Part shown: piece after piece, positions 51,881-64,000 of the stretch
How positions within the stretch are numbered: position 1 is the first letter of the stretch
How the letters are laid out: the number at the start of each line of letters is the position of its first letter
Assembly: GCA_013265495.1 (NCBI GenBank)
Contig: MU058788.1
Location: forward strand, 62,001-126,000
DNA from: Vicugna vicugna
Lineage: Eukaryota
Length of the DNA: 64,000 nt
Reading direction: 5' to 3'
The notes under the pieces: generated by a model
What the model was told of the DNA's origin: nothing
Seen by the model: the letters and a program-made list of their open reading frames with translations, nothing else
Database searches by the model: none
Made by a program: the position numbers and the translations under genes

Positions 51881-52531
51881 TCCTTTTGGTTTTAAATAAG
51901 ATGGCGAAACATCTGTAGCCCATGTTGTAATAGCACATACTGGAATTGTGTAGAAAATGTCCCAAGCAGAGAATGGACGTTCAGATAAGTGTGTCAGAGG
52001 TAAAAAATCGAGCCGCTTGTCCCTGACCGGGACCGTCCGTCTTGTCCCCGGACAGAACACAGAGGGAGGGGGGCTCCCGTGCCAACAGCACGCCCAGAGC
52101 CTGCTGGCAGCAGGTGCCTGGCGGGGCTGGGCTGTCCCTGCTCCTGGGGGCAGGTCTCTCTGTGCTGAGTCCTGCTACACGTCGCTGTCTTCAGGGGTTG
52201 GAAGGGAATGCTCCACCCGGCTTCTGGAATCTGATCTAAATAACCTTCCAGGAAGAGAGCTTGGAGCCGTGGGGGGAAAAAAATTTTGGAACAGGCTCAG
52301 GTGGAATCCAGGCTCTGGTGGTACCACATCAACCCCCAGGTGTTCACTGATCTGTCAGAAGGTCTCACGACGCCTGAGTATTCTCTTGGCACGAATCCGT
52401 TGTGAACGAGGAATCTGTAATTAATGAAATAAAGACCTTCTGAGAGAAACAGACTGAGGACAACTCTTCTGGGGTTTTGGGATAATATCCACATAGCAAA
52501 TAGCCGTTGACCTCTAAATCAAGAGAATGTT

Positions 52532-52671
52532 GGGTTTTGGGGGGGCTATGGGGAAAGGTAATTAGGTTTATTCATTGCTTATCTATCTAATGGAGGGACT
52601 GGGGGTTGAACCCAGGATCTCGTGCATGCTAAGCACGCACTCTACCACTGAGCTATCCCCTCCCAATCCCC
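52532..52671 (-). mobile_element. tRNA-derived SINE (Vic-1-like)
   Basis: Minus strand reads 'tagctcagtggtagagtgcgtgcttagcatgcacgagatcctgggttcaacccc'. 16-bp TSD aaat(c/g)aagagaatgtt at 52516-52531 and 52672-52687. Confidence 0.93.
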
Positions 52672-54785
52672 AAATGAAGAGAATGTTAATGAGAACATGT
52701 AAATTTTCAGTTAAGAAAAATGCTGTAAGGTTCCTGTGTACTGCTGCTCATTTGCTAGAAACCTCAGAAAATTTCTCTGCCCTCCCACTGAGGTGCTTGG
52801 GAGTTTATTTTCCTTGGTTATTGCTGATGTTCATTTTCTGAGATGTGCCTCATACACAGTGTTTCTGGTCCTCCAGACACATTCAATAATTTTCTTAAAA
52901 AAAAAAAAGAATCCGCATGGTCACCTTTGTGTTACCTGCAGACCTTGACATGAATTATCAGATATTTTTCAAACACCTGCTCAGCCTCGGCCTGGCCTTG
53001 ACCGTGGACACGTGCTGGGTGCTCTGCCTGCTTCTCTCCAGGGCTGTTCTGGGAAAGTTTCCTCCCCTCCCTGACTTCCCCACATCTTCCCTTTTCCCCG
53101 CAGGCAGGTCTCTCTGATTCCGATTGCATCAGAAGAGAAGTGAGTTGACATCTATGTTGTACGCAAACTGAGACTGTTCCCTTTGAAGAGCAGGTGGGGT
53201 TCACTGCAAGGGTGGGAAAGAGGTACCGCATCTGCCTGGGTGGGCAGCTGTGAGGAGTAACAAGGTAACACCAGCGCCTGTTCCTGGCCTGGCGGGTGTT
53301 CAGTGAATGACAGGCACCCCCACTCCCACTTGGTGGGGGCTCCTGGGCTGAGCGCTCAGGAATTTCTGACTCTGTGATGATTTGTGATTAGAGAAGGGGG
53401 AAGCTTAATTACAAATTGTTCATTTTGTTGCTGGCCCTGGGCTCTCTGGGAGCCCTTAGTCCATCATTCTAGGACCTACTTTTCTCCTGGAGATGCTCTT
53501 CACAGACTCAGGATCTGGTGTCCATGGAGGAGTCCTACCCATCTTTTCCTGCAGCCAGTTGTGACTTGCGTGGTCACAGCAGAGCGAGGAAGGGACAATC
53601 AGTGTTACGGACCTTGGGGCCCCTGGTGGGAGGGATTTAATCAGTGAATGCAGTGCAAGGTGGCGGCACCTAGTGGTGACAGCCTGGCATTGCAGCCCAG
53701 TTCTATGAGACCTGCGCCTGGGAGCCCAGGACAGGTGGGGAAGCAGCTTTGCTGGGACATTGACCTTGAAGCCAGGGTGCTGCCGAGCCTGGAGGGAGCC
53801 TGGAGGTGGCTGAGGGGGCGAGGCGGGGCGGCGTGGGTGTGGCGTCTGGAGGCAGTGGGGAGATCGTGGCGGTACGAGGCTGGCGAGGATGCCCCCTGCC
53901 TCTGCCTGCAGCGTGGCTCAGTGCCCTGCCGGGTGACTGCCCGCTGAACCTCTCTCCTGCCACTTCTCCCCTCATCTATTGGGAATTATTATTTTTTAAT
54001 AATTAAAAAATTGACTTATGCATAAGTCACGGGGGAAACTTTTCTAAGACTTTTTGGGAGGGTTGGGGGGTTTTTGGTAAAGAGACGGTTTCTGGTCAAG
54101 TTCATCGTGCCTGTAAAGTAAGAGAAGCCGCTTCAGCTAGTGTTGAGAATCCCAGAACAAGAAGAGGAGCAGCAGTTAAGAGGGGGCTTTGCCCAAGACC
54201 CCCTCACAGGGGCAGCCCTTTCTCTCTTTACAGGAAGAAAGAGGTGGGATCAGGGCTCGTGATGAAGAATGAGGCCAAAAATGGCTCCTTAAAATGGCAG
54301 GTGCTCAGTTAACCTCTGGGCTCTCATCCCATCACCGCAGGCCTGTGCATCCAGGGGCCTGCTGCTCTGGCCTTCGGGAATCTTTAGGACCCGGTCCAAG
54401 AGCCGTCTTGCTTCATAAATGCTTGTTACGGAACAAGGAATTAAGGGAAAGCGGCACATGAACAGCCTGCCTTGTGCTCCCCCAGCTCCAGGCCACCTGC
54501 TGCCTTGGTCGCCTCCTGTGGGCCCACAAGTTTAGAATGGATTGATTGCTCTCAAAAAGCAGATTGTGGCACGAGAGAGATTGCTCCTGGGTGTGTGTCT
54601 CCTTGCAGGACTGGTTTAAGACCGGCAAATGCTGATTGACCCCTTAGTTCCCTGAAGGGCGAGGAAGTGGAGAGGGCTTAAAATTGCCCTTGAAAATGGA
54701 CAGACAGCGTGGACATACGCGGTTGATAGGTGTTGGCTCAGCAGTGTTTGATGTAATTATTTGTGTAAATAAGATCTAGGCACAT

Positions 54786-55187
54786 ATTTTATTTGGAGAA
54801 CAGTTTTTGGTTTACAGAAAAAATGGGCACCTAGCACAGAGTTTCCATACAGCCCCTCCCCAGTTTCCCATATTGTTAAAGAACTAATATTGATAATGTT
54901 CTGATTGACTAGGGCTCCTGGCTGATTCAGGTTTCCTGAGTTTTTCCCTAGTGTCCTTTTTCTGTGCCAGCACCCTATCCAGGTACCACATTTCATTTAG
55001 CCATCCTCTGTGTTGGGACTCCTTGCCTGTGACAGTTTCTCAGCCTCCCTTGATTTTGATAACCTTGACTGTTTTAAGGGGGCCTGGTCAGGGATTTTTT
55101 GGAATATCCCTCATTTGGGGTTTGTCTGATGGTTTTCTCATGATGAGACTGGAGTTACGGGTTTGGGGAGGAAGACCACAGAGATGA
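54786..55187 (-). mobile_element. L1MC-like 3' end
   Basis: 'acagtttttggtttacagaaaaa', 'gtgacagtttctcag', 'tttgtctgatggttttctcatg', 'tttggggaggaagaccacagag'. Confidence 0.8.
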
Positions 55188-56719
55188 CATACGCGCAGAT
55201 TTGAACGAGTCAGAGGGTGAGCTAATTATGGGGTGGAAAGAAGGAAGTTTAGTAGCCGGGGTGGCATAATTAAAAGGGGTAAAGGCTGGATCTTTCGAAT
55301 GGGAGAAGTCATGTTACGTGCCCTCAGTGACGGGACTGAACATCCAACTCGTGCGACGCCTTGTGGTTCAACAGGGACTTGCCAGTTACATCATTTCAGG
55401 TGTGGGAGAGAGGTGTTTTTAAGTTTCCATGTTACATAGCGGGAAACAGAGTCCCAGAGCAGCATCTGGGCAGCCTAGGGTGATGGAGATGGGCCGGGAC
55501 CACTTGCCAGGCCAGTGGCACGTGTCCAGACCTTGCCTCCTCGTACACCACGTGTCAATTTTCTAGATCAAGCAGGCTGTGTCACCGTGGCCATCTCATC
55601 TGTGCGGCCCCCAGGATTCAGACCGGAGGATTGTCACTAAATGAAGGCAGCTGGCTGACGGAGTAGGCAGCAAGCTGCAGGTGGGGCACCAGCCCCCCTG
55701 CTTGTTAGAAAAGTCAAATAGCGGAGGATCAGTAACTGTGTTATTGCAGCTCTTGACTTCTGTTCAAATGATTGTTACAGCTCCCAAGCATCCAGCAGCC
55801 CCGTGGTGTTTCTCACAGCCCGCTTTTCTCCGAGGGCACACAGTGAAACAAGCAAAGCGATGACCTTTATCATAACAGACGTTTTATTTGTGAGCAAGTG
55901 ATTCCGTATGAACCCACAGTGGACACGTGCCCTCTTCGCATCTTAGCAACGTTGAGTTTCACAGACCAAGCAGGAGGAAGGACTGTAAAACTTTTAAGTC
56001 CATCAGTGAGGCCACTGATTCTGAACTCTGTACCTTAAAGCTGCCTGGGGAGCTTCTAGGAACCACCCAAGGTCTGGCCCTGTGCCCAGACGTTGTGATG
56101 AAGCGGGATGGGGCGGCCCAGGCCCCCGGAGGGAGGCAGGAGGCTGGCCTTTGCGCCTTGCCCCCTCACTTGCTGCACGGCCCAGGTCCGGATTCTTCAG
56201 CCTTCATCTCTGGCTGTGACCCAAGTAGAGGCTGGCTCCTGGGAGCTCACTCCTCCGCCTTGTTCCACCAGCTCTTCCCTCAGTGGTGGAAGCGGGCGGG
56301 GTGGGGGATGTGCTCGCCCCTGCCCCGCACAGGGTGCGAGTTCAGAAGCCCTTGAGGGACTGAGCCCAGCCGGGTTCTGGCCTCTAAGGGACATTGTACC
56401 CCCTTCCTGTTCCAGTGACGCCGAGGAGGGAAGACAGCATTCTTCCTCCTAAGCTGAGTCGCTGTTTCAGTGGGGACTTTTATTTAGAAGCAGAAACCCG
56501 TCGTCTTTTATAAAAGCACAGATGTCAGTGTCTGCAGACTCCAGGCTCTGGTTTTTGGAGAAGTTTGGCCGAGGTTGGGTGACCTGATGCCTCACCTGGC
56601 TCACGGGCCCCCCTCTCAGCACCCAGCCTTCTATTCTCAGGACCCTCTCCCAGTGAGCGACAACTGCCTTTGTCAGCAGGCTAGTGGGTTACATGCCCTG
56701 TTTAGAAAGTAGAAGCTTA

Positions 56720-57350
56720 AGACTTACCATACGATCACACAGTCCCACTCCTGGGCATATATCCAAAAAGATACGGGCACCCCAATGTTCACAGCAGCAC
56801 TATTTACAATAGCCAAGACATGGAAACAATCTAAATGTCTACTGACAGATCACTGGATAAAGAAGTTGGGGTATATTTATACAATGGAACACTACTCAGC
56901 CATAAACAAATAATAAAATAATGCCATTTGCAGCAACATGGATGGACCTGGAGAATGTCATTCTAAGTGAAGGAAGCCAGCAAGAGAAAGACAGATACCA
57001 TATGATATCACTTACATGTGGAATCTAAAAAAGACAAACAAACTTGTTTACAAAACAGAAGCAGACTCACAGACATAGAAAGTAAACTCATGGTTACCAG
57101 CGGGGGAAGCGGGTGGGAAGGGATAAATTGGGAGTTGGAGATTTGCAGATACTGACTACTGTAGAGCACAGGGAACTATATTCAATATCTTGTAACTTAT
57201 GGTGAAGAAGAATATGAAAACGAATATATGTATGTTCCCATATGACGGAAGCATTGTGCTGTACACCGGAAATTGACGCAACGTTGTAAACTGAATATAC
57301 TTCAATAAAAATACATGAAAAATAAAGTAAAATAGGAAGACAAAAAAAAA
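56720..57350 (+). mobile_element. Young 5'-truncated L1 (ORF2 end, complete 3' UTR, A tail)
   Basis: 'cccactcctgggcatatatcca', 'atgccatttgcagcaacatggatggacct', AATAAA and A-rich tail. Degenerate TSD aaag(t/g)agaag(c/t)tta. Confidence 0.93.
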
Positions 57351-59262
57351 AAAGGAGAAGTTTAGATAGTGACACCTTCTATTAGCCTTTTTTTATCCAC
57401 TGGTAAGACAGATAATTCCCCTGCCCCACCTGGTGGGGATTAGAAACAGCGAGCAGTCTGCGTGGCTCTGCCCTGGTCACTTTACGGTGAGAAGGGAAAT
57501 GAGATTGGGAGGCCTTGGGTTTTAAGCTGGAAACTCAGTCCACTTTTGAAAATTTGCTTTCAAGCACACCGTTTATTAGTTTTCAGGGTCTTCGCTTGGC
57601 AGGTGCACCCAAGAAATGGGCTGTGGAACTAGAAAGGACCACATCTCTGTAACAAATCTGACAACCTTGGCCTTTGCCCTCCTCCCCCAAACTGGAAGAT
57701 TTGCTGTACGGAGCGGTTGTGGTGGGGGTAATCACAGAACAGCCATTAAAGAGCAGCGAAGAGGAGACGGTTGATGGGAAAGGAATCGAGTAGTCAGTGA
57801 GATGGTATTTTTGGTAACCTGACCCGCCCCTGCGCATATGGTCTAGTCGGCTGAAAGCATCTCACGGCGACAAGATGTATTTCAGTACGGGAAGAGCGAA
57901 ACAACCTGTTTATTTTCTGTTTTCCTCCACAGTGGTATTTTTGCTGTTGTTAACAAATGTAACATTAGGCATTTAAATTTGTGAAGGCGGCCTTTGACGG
58001 TTTAGCAGTAGGCATGTATTCTTTTTTTGTTTTTTTTGTGGGTTTTTTCCCCTTTTTTCTGCAAAAATCTCCGGGGTGGTTCTTATTTTGCCTCTCTGAC
58101 CAATGAGAAGGGAAGGATGAGAAGGGAAGGCACTGGAGTTTGTAACCGAGACGTTTATTCTTTCTGATCTAGTTGTATGTGTGCGGCACGTTTACTTGGT
58201 GGTGTTTCATAACTCAGACGTGTTACCCTGCGGTGATAGACTTTATATTGGAATGTGGATAAGAGGTCAGTGTGAGATGAAATGACTGTTTTTCACTGCA
58301 CAGACTTGCCTTTTCTGTGACTCAGCCCTTGGACTCGCTTCCCCTCGCCGCCCCCACACGTGAATGACGGAGCAGCAGGGTTCTGTCTACCTGTGGAATG
58401 TTCCGGCCTCTCCTCTGCCGCGGTCAAGCCTGTGACACTGGTAGATGTAGTGGTTGTAGAGAAGGTTCCCCTGCCCCGTGACCATCCTCCTCTTGGGACA
58501 TGGATTCTGGGTCCCCTCCTGTTGCTGACTGACTTGCAGTGAATGGATGTGGAGGTGTGGCAGTTTGTGGTTTCCAAGACCAGGCCTGGTGTCCTCCTCT
58601 CGCCTCATCTGTCTCTTCTCCCCTCCTCGGTCACTGGCTCTGGGGGAGGCCGGCTGCCATGCTGGGGGACGCTCAGGCAGCCCTGGGGCTCCAGCCAACA
58701 GCCCTGCCAGGGCGCCATCCTCGAGGCAGCCCCTTGGCCCCAGTCAGACCTTCAGGTCGGGGGGCAGCCCTGGCCAGCAGGTTGGCTGCAGCCTCGTGAG
58801 GGACCCCGGGAAAGGGAGTTTGGGGCAGTTGATAACACAGTGTCACCCGGCCCTTTGGATCACTCATCTGGGACATGAAGGGTCGGACTTGTGCCCTTAG
58901 CAAGTTGGTGGCAGGCTGTTGTGCCTGCTAGGCTGCTCCGCCCACCAGCTGGACCCTCTGCTCCCCCCGCTCCGCCCTTCCCACCTCCGTACCTCGGACC
59001 AGAGCATCCCTCACGGCCCCTCCCTCCTCAGCCACGGGCACGTTGTCTCTGGCAGAAACCAAGCCCACGTTTTACTTATTTCCTCTTATTTTGAAACAGA
59101 GACTGATCATGCTTGGAATATAATAGGGAAATAGTCTTTTAATAACGAAACCTGTGTCTGCACTGAATTCACTTTCATAACTATTCAGTAAACCAGCCTC
59201 CTTGGGATTTACTGTTTCTGAAAGTACGGTCATTTTGTGAAAAGCCATTGGTCTTTTTAATA

Positions 59263-59573
59263 AAAAAAAAAAACCAGACAATCACAGTTTTGGCAAGGAT
59301 GTGGAGAAATTGGAAACCTCATACGTTGCTAGTAGCCCTGTGAGACGGTGCAGACTCTCTGACCACAGTCTGACGGGTCCTCAAAGAGTTAAACACAGAG
59401 TTGCTGTAAGACCCAGCTGGTCCACTGGTAGGTTTACACTGAAGAAAACAAAAAGCTTGGGTTCGTTCAGAAGCTTGTCTATAAATGTTCATAGCAATGT
59501 TATTCATAATAGCCAAAATGTGGTAACAGCCCAAATGTTCATCAACTGATGGATAAATAAAATATGGTATATC
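59263..59573 (+). mobile_element. Old L1M ORF2 C-terminal fragment
   Basis: 'ttggcaaggatgtggagaaattggaaacctcatac', 'aatgttcatagca...ttattcataatagccaaaa', 'cccaaatgttcatcaactgat'. Confidence 0.85.
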
Positions 59574-61039
59574 GGGGCGTGGGAGGGGGGAGTCATTGCT
59601 CTTTTACGACTTAGAAATAGGATGGACTGGGGCTGCCGTACCCTTTAGTTACAGTAGATAAATAGACACCGCGCCGTCGTTAATTTTCATTTGATTTCAC
59701 TCAGGGCCTGATTTAATTCCATTTGTGTTTCAGGCAATAGACTGCTTCTGCGGTATGCGTTTGTAAGAATAACGCATTTCTTGAGCTTTTGGACTGAAAA
59801 CCAACCAAACTGAAATACCCAGTAATCACCACCACCAGGTTAGGCAAGTTAGTGAGCAGGAGGGCAGGAAGTCCGCAGCGTCTGGATGGGCCAGATGGCA
59901 GCTCACGCGCGAGGAGAGTCTCAGTGTGGTGGCGGAGGCTCTCTGGGTCTTCCTGGAGGTTGCATGTGGGTGCGTTGGATGCTGTGGCCCAGGGGGTGTA
60001 GTCGAGCGGGGCAGCAGTGTCCTGTCAGGCTGGTCGGCAGAGAATCCTAGACCTCCGGTGAAGTTCCCTGACAGAATCCAGTCTTCAGTTAGAACCAGCG
60101 AGCCCACCTGGTCTGCGTTCGTCTGAAGCCCGTCTGTGTGTGGGCTCGTCATTACATGTTCAGCGTCAGCATCCCTCTGGGGGCAAGAAGGGCAAAGTGG
60201 AGATGGGGACGGCTCCCGGGAAATAAAGCAGACTTACTCATGCCAGGCGTTGAATCCTCTGCAGCTTTTGGCCCAGCATCAAGCCACATCATGACTCCTC
60301 TGATATCAGCAGTGTATCTGTGTCCCTGAAAAAGAAGCCCTGTCTGTCACTGCGTCAATTTTCTTAACATGTTTATTTTAAACATATCAGTTGTAGCACG
60401 TCCTGGATACCAGAGGATACTGGGCAAGGGAGCGTCTCTATGCTTTTGTATCCAGTGCATTTCCATTTTTAAACGGCGCCTCCACTGGTGTAAATTAGTC
60501 TCATAATGCATGTAAATGTCTGGGAGGGGGACTGTTGTCATGAAAAGCTTCCACTGCAAAGTGGGTGAAGCTGGTAATAGCAATCTGAATGAACAGGGTG
60601 AGGATTTTTTTTTCAACTGCATTAATTGTCGAGCAGTTATTGGAAAGATCACCGCCATGCTTGGTGCTATAGGGATACAGAGAAACGTGGCAAAGCCCTC
60701 CATCCTCATGGCTGGTACCTGCAGCGCTGCTGGTACCCACCGTGCGTGGGAAAGGCAGACAGTGTGGTAAGTGCTCATGTGTGGACCTGCCGCGCAGGGA
60801 CCCCAGGGGACCTCCGGGCACTTAACCAACCCAGCGTCTCATCGTTAGAGAAGGCAGGCCACTTACTGAGACCCCCAGGATCCCTGGCAAAGCTGCGGGA
60901 CCGGAGGCCCTCAGTCCCAGGCCAGGGCTCTTCCCACCGTGCTGCGTGTCCTACTTGTCCCTGGAATGTTGGCGTCTCCCGCGCCCCGGACCCTTTCTCA
61001 CTCAGCTCACCCCGACCCCTGGCCGTGGTCACTGTCACG

Positions 61040-61480
61040 CTCAGCTGTAGCTGTGAGTGCCCCATGCCTCTCCAGAGCTCCAGGTGTGTGTGCTCCATCT
61101 GTTTTCCAGATGCCTCTTGGTATCCCGTATAACCCCAGCATTTCCCAAAGACTCACCTTTACCTCCTGGCACCGCCCCCCCCCCAGGACTCTCCCATGTT
61201 TCTGATGGGTGAGTGTCACCCCGTCCATGAACCATCCAGGTCCGAAGCCATCTCTGATTGGTCCATCCTCCTCCCTCCCGCCTCCCAGCGGTGCCGCCTC
61301 CTCCTCACATCCCAGGACTGCCCGGAGCCGGCTGGGCCCCCCACTCCACCCCCGACCACCCGCTGCATCCCTCCGGTCCTCTCTTGTCCTTCCAGTCTCT
61401 CCATACACCACAGCCAGAGTCACGTTTCTAGAACATGTCTCAAGTCTCAGAGCATCTTGTGACTTCCATGGCTTCCTGTT
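61040..61480 (+). mobile_element. L2-like fragment
   Basis: Pyrimidine-rich tract with 'ccacagccagagtcacgtttcta', resembling the L2 3' region. Very diverged. Confidence 0.4.
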
Positions 61481-61929
61481 TCCCACCTTTCACTGTGTCC
61501 TCATTTTTCCTGTCAGGCTCGTTCTGGGCCCCCTCCAGCCTCTGCGGAGGGGTCACTTCCTGGGCACGGGCTCTGGGCACCATCCTGCCAGGTATGTCCG
61601 TCCCGCCAAGGTGAGCCTGCCCAGTTCCCACCGCCCGCTCAGTGCTCCCCTGACATCCAGCGAAGGTGGCGGGTCAGGGTGACAAGAAAAGAGTGGGGGT
61701 GACAGGTATGCGGCCAGGTGAGCCGTAGACGGCAGGTGGGTTGTGCACGGGCACCGTCTCAGCCGTGAATCTGTCAGCCATCCTGGACTAGGAGAACTGA
61801 TGGTGACGTGTTCTGAGCGGAAGGGTTAACACGCCGTTTGTGTTTCCCTTGGGCTGTCTTGGTGCTGGAAGGGATGCTGTCTTATCTGAAGGCAGGGCAG
61901 TGGAATGACTGAGACCAGTGCTAAATCCC

Positions 61930-62100
61930 CTGGAGTTCAACTCTAGCCCCATCACGTACTTTGTGTTACTTAGAGGTTTGGTGCCCCAGCTTCCTCATCT
62001 GTAGGATGGGGTAGTAATAGCGTCGTAAGGAAGATGAATGGGAGCACGGCGCCCAGGATGGGGCTCGGCACCCAGTTAGTGCCCCGTGAGCGTGAGCCCA
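61930..62100 (+). mobile_element. MIR fragment
   Basis: Core-like 'gtgccccagcttcctcatctgtaggatggggtagtaatag'. Confidence 0.65.
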
Positions 62101-62319
62101 CGGGAGGTGCTCCCCCCGCTCCTCATTCCACACTAGGAGCAGGTAATGAGCATGGAAATTTGCAGTTTTTGGTGGAGAGTCCAGAATGACCTTTGTGAAT
62201 GACCACCTAGAAACATATTCTTGGATTTTTATGACATTGTGAGAATCAGGCTCTTGTAACTTGGTTCAGACTGGGCCCTGGGGTGCCATTCCCATTCTGA
62301 TTTATAAAGGGCCACCTTG

Positions 62320-62480
62320 AACTGCTTGCCCGCTGTGCGGCCTGGACAATTTGCTCATCCTCTCTGATCTTCTGTGTTCCCACTGTCAGATAGGAATTAT
62401 AAAATGGCACGGTTGTTGCTGGGATGAGAAGGTACCCATATGCAACGCCTGGTGCCAAGGAGGCGTTCCTAAGTAGACTT
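62320..62480 (+). mobile_element. MIR fragment
   Basis: 'gctgtgcggcctggacaatttgctcatcctctctg...ggttgttgctgggatga...gcctggtgc'. Confidence 0.5.
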
Positions 62481-63374
62481 AGCACCCTCTCTCCTGCTGG
62501 GACTTCGCGATGCCCTGGTCGTATGGCGGGTCCTCCTCTCTGGCCTTAGTTTCTTGGTGGGCACGGTTCATCGGGAGGGGGAAGGCAGGTAAAGGGGTGT
62601 TACAGATGGAGTGTTACAGTCCATCTTGTTTGTGTGAAGACGGAAACATTTATTTCCTAAGAAAACATTTCTGGTTGGCTTGTACATGTCAGTTTGGTGA
62701 ACACTACAGCAAATGCCTTGATTCTTACAAGTAGAAAATAAGACTAGAATCCTTGGCCCGCCAGCAATGTTCACTTTTGATTGTATCTTATTACAAAGTC
62801 AAATGGTGTGGTGCATGAGCCATGGCGGGTAGTAGACCAGATGTCTGCAGGAGAGAGCGAGCCATTGGCCACAAGACGTTACAAGCAAGCTACAAAATAA
62901 AAATTAATAAGCCTGGTTGAAAGTCTACACAGCATGACTCTGGTAGCCTCGTTACTTGCTGGATTTAGTGTTCACATGTTTCCTTATACTGAGAAAGCAG
63001 AGAGTAGGTCATATTCTCTCGCTGCCTCCTGGTTGCCAAGACTGCCTTGAGATCTCTGCCAAGAGTAAAGTGAAAGTTTGTCTATAGCCAAATAATCTCA
63101 AAGGCTAAATTATAAATTGACTTTGAAATTGTTTTGCAGCAAAAAGTATTTAAATCGAGATAAAGATGCATTTCAATACATTTGTTACGCTGTGGGATAG
63201 GATGTTCGAAAGTCACAGCACTTGGGGCAACTGGAGGCCTGAGAAGGGCTGGTGAAGGGGTGGGAGGGGTGGGACCTCGCAGGGCGGGGCATTCCTCGCC
63301 AGCACCCCGGGTCTGCACGGAGTAATCCTCGGGGTGCACGCCCCTCCCCGCCCCCATGATGTCCCTGATGGCCT

Positions 63375-63983
63375 TGGTGCAGGAAAAACGGATGTGGGGT
63401 TAAAGGAGAGCCGTGTCCCAGGTCTCGGTGGAGTCCCTGGGACGTGCCCCGCCAAGTGTGGGTCCTTGGCTTCGCGCAGGAAAGAATTCAAGAGTGAGTC
63501 ACAATTTAGTAAAGGTAGATTTATTTAGAGAGATACATCGAAAAGCAAGAGAAAGGCCATGAGGCGTGGGGGTTGGGTGCTCAGAGTAGACACTCCATGG
63601 ACAGAGTGCGGGCCGGCTCCAAGAAGAAGGGAGCGAGAGGCCGCCAGGTGTGGTGGTGCGAGTTTTTACGGGCTCGGTAGCTTCACACGCCTACAGGTGG
63701 GACCATTCCAACTACCCTGGGGAAGGGGCTGGGATCCCAGGAATTGGGCCCCTGCCCACTCTCTGACCTTTTGTGGCTAGCCTTGGGACTGTCATGGCGC
63801 CTGTGGACGTGTCATTTATCATGCTGATACATTACAGTGGGCGCATAACGAAGCTCAAGGTCTAGAAGTCAAACCTACCAACTTAATCCTCAAGGCCAAC
63901 TGGGGGTTGAATCGTCCACCACTTTGGTGTTAATTGCTGTCAGTCCTTGAACGGCTGTGCCTGCCCCCTTCCCTCCTGTCTCA
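63375..63983 (-). mobile_element. Solo ERV LTR (ERV1-like, family A; same family as 18112-18758)
   Basis: TG...CA termini. 4-bp TSD gcct at 63371-63374 and 63984-63987. Colinear similarity to 18112-18758. AATAAA on the minus strand near 63522. Confidence 0.93.
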
Positions 63984-64000
63984 GCCTGGCTGGGATAAAC

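Noticed and set aside
24126..52671. tRNA-like sequences with A and B boxes
   Set aside because: They have G-rich heads, A-rich tails and TSDs, so they are SINEs and not tRNA genes.
53660..53680. CTCF-like motif 'gcggcacctagtgg'
   Set aside because: Mismatch at a core position; cannot be supported without PWM scoring or ChIP data.
54215..54306. Acceptor-like sites with possible exons (here and near 1994, 7703, 11217, 12388)
   Set aside because: Weak or absent donors and no recognisable peptide. Such tracts are frequent in T-rich introns.
136..63780. Hundreds of 60-276 aa ORFs in the track (e.g. 11446-12153, 25757-26584, 28087-28914, 29182-29895, 31546-32376)
   Set aside because: Overlapping on both strands, P/G/R/S/A-rich, often with non-ATG starts, with no recognisable domains. 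Expected by chance in GC-rich DNA. Only the L1 fragments are recognisable.
18112..63983. Two same-orientation family A LTRs as ends of one provirus
   Set aside because: They are 45 kb apart, each has its own distinct TSD, and no gag/pol/env lies between them.

Overview
Mammalian genomic DNA, most likely a camelid, judged from several Vic-1-like tRNA-derived SINEs and cetartiodactyl-type L1 3' ends. It is GC-rich, comes from a draft assembly with two N gaps, and contains no host protein-coding exon I can recognise. Apart from L1 remnants, the ORF track looks like chance ORFs in GC-rich sequence. The main structure is a dead, near-full-length minus-strand L1 (about 14651-21622). It carries two different solo ERV LTRs, each with a clean 4-bp TSD, and its normal 3' end is replaced by a ~270-bp non-L1, poly(A)-tailed segment. 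A second copy of one LTR family lies at 63375-63983. The rest is SINEs, short L1 3' ends, ancient L1M, MaLR, MIR, L2 and MER fragments, and unique noncoding sequence. The minus-strand bias of the retroelements suggests a large intron of a plus-strand gene, which I cannot name. I found no evidence of a new multi-gene system. The most interesting signals are unusual retrotransposition products: a chimeric L1 3' end, a mini-L1 joining a 5' end to a 3' end, and an inverted pair of L1 tails. Repeat family names are from visual recognition, not a database search.
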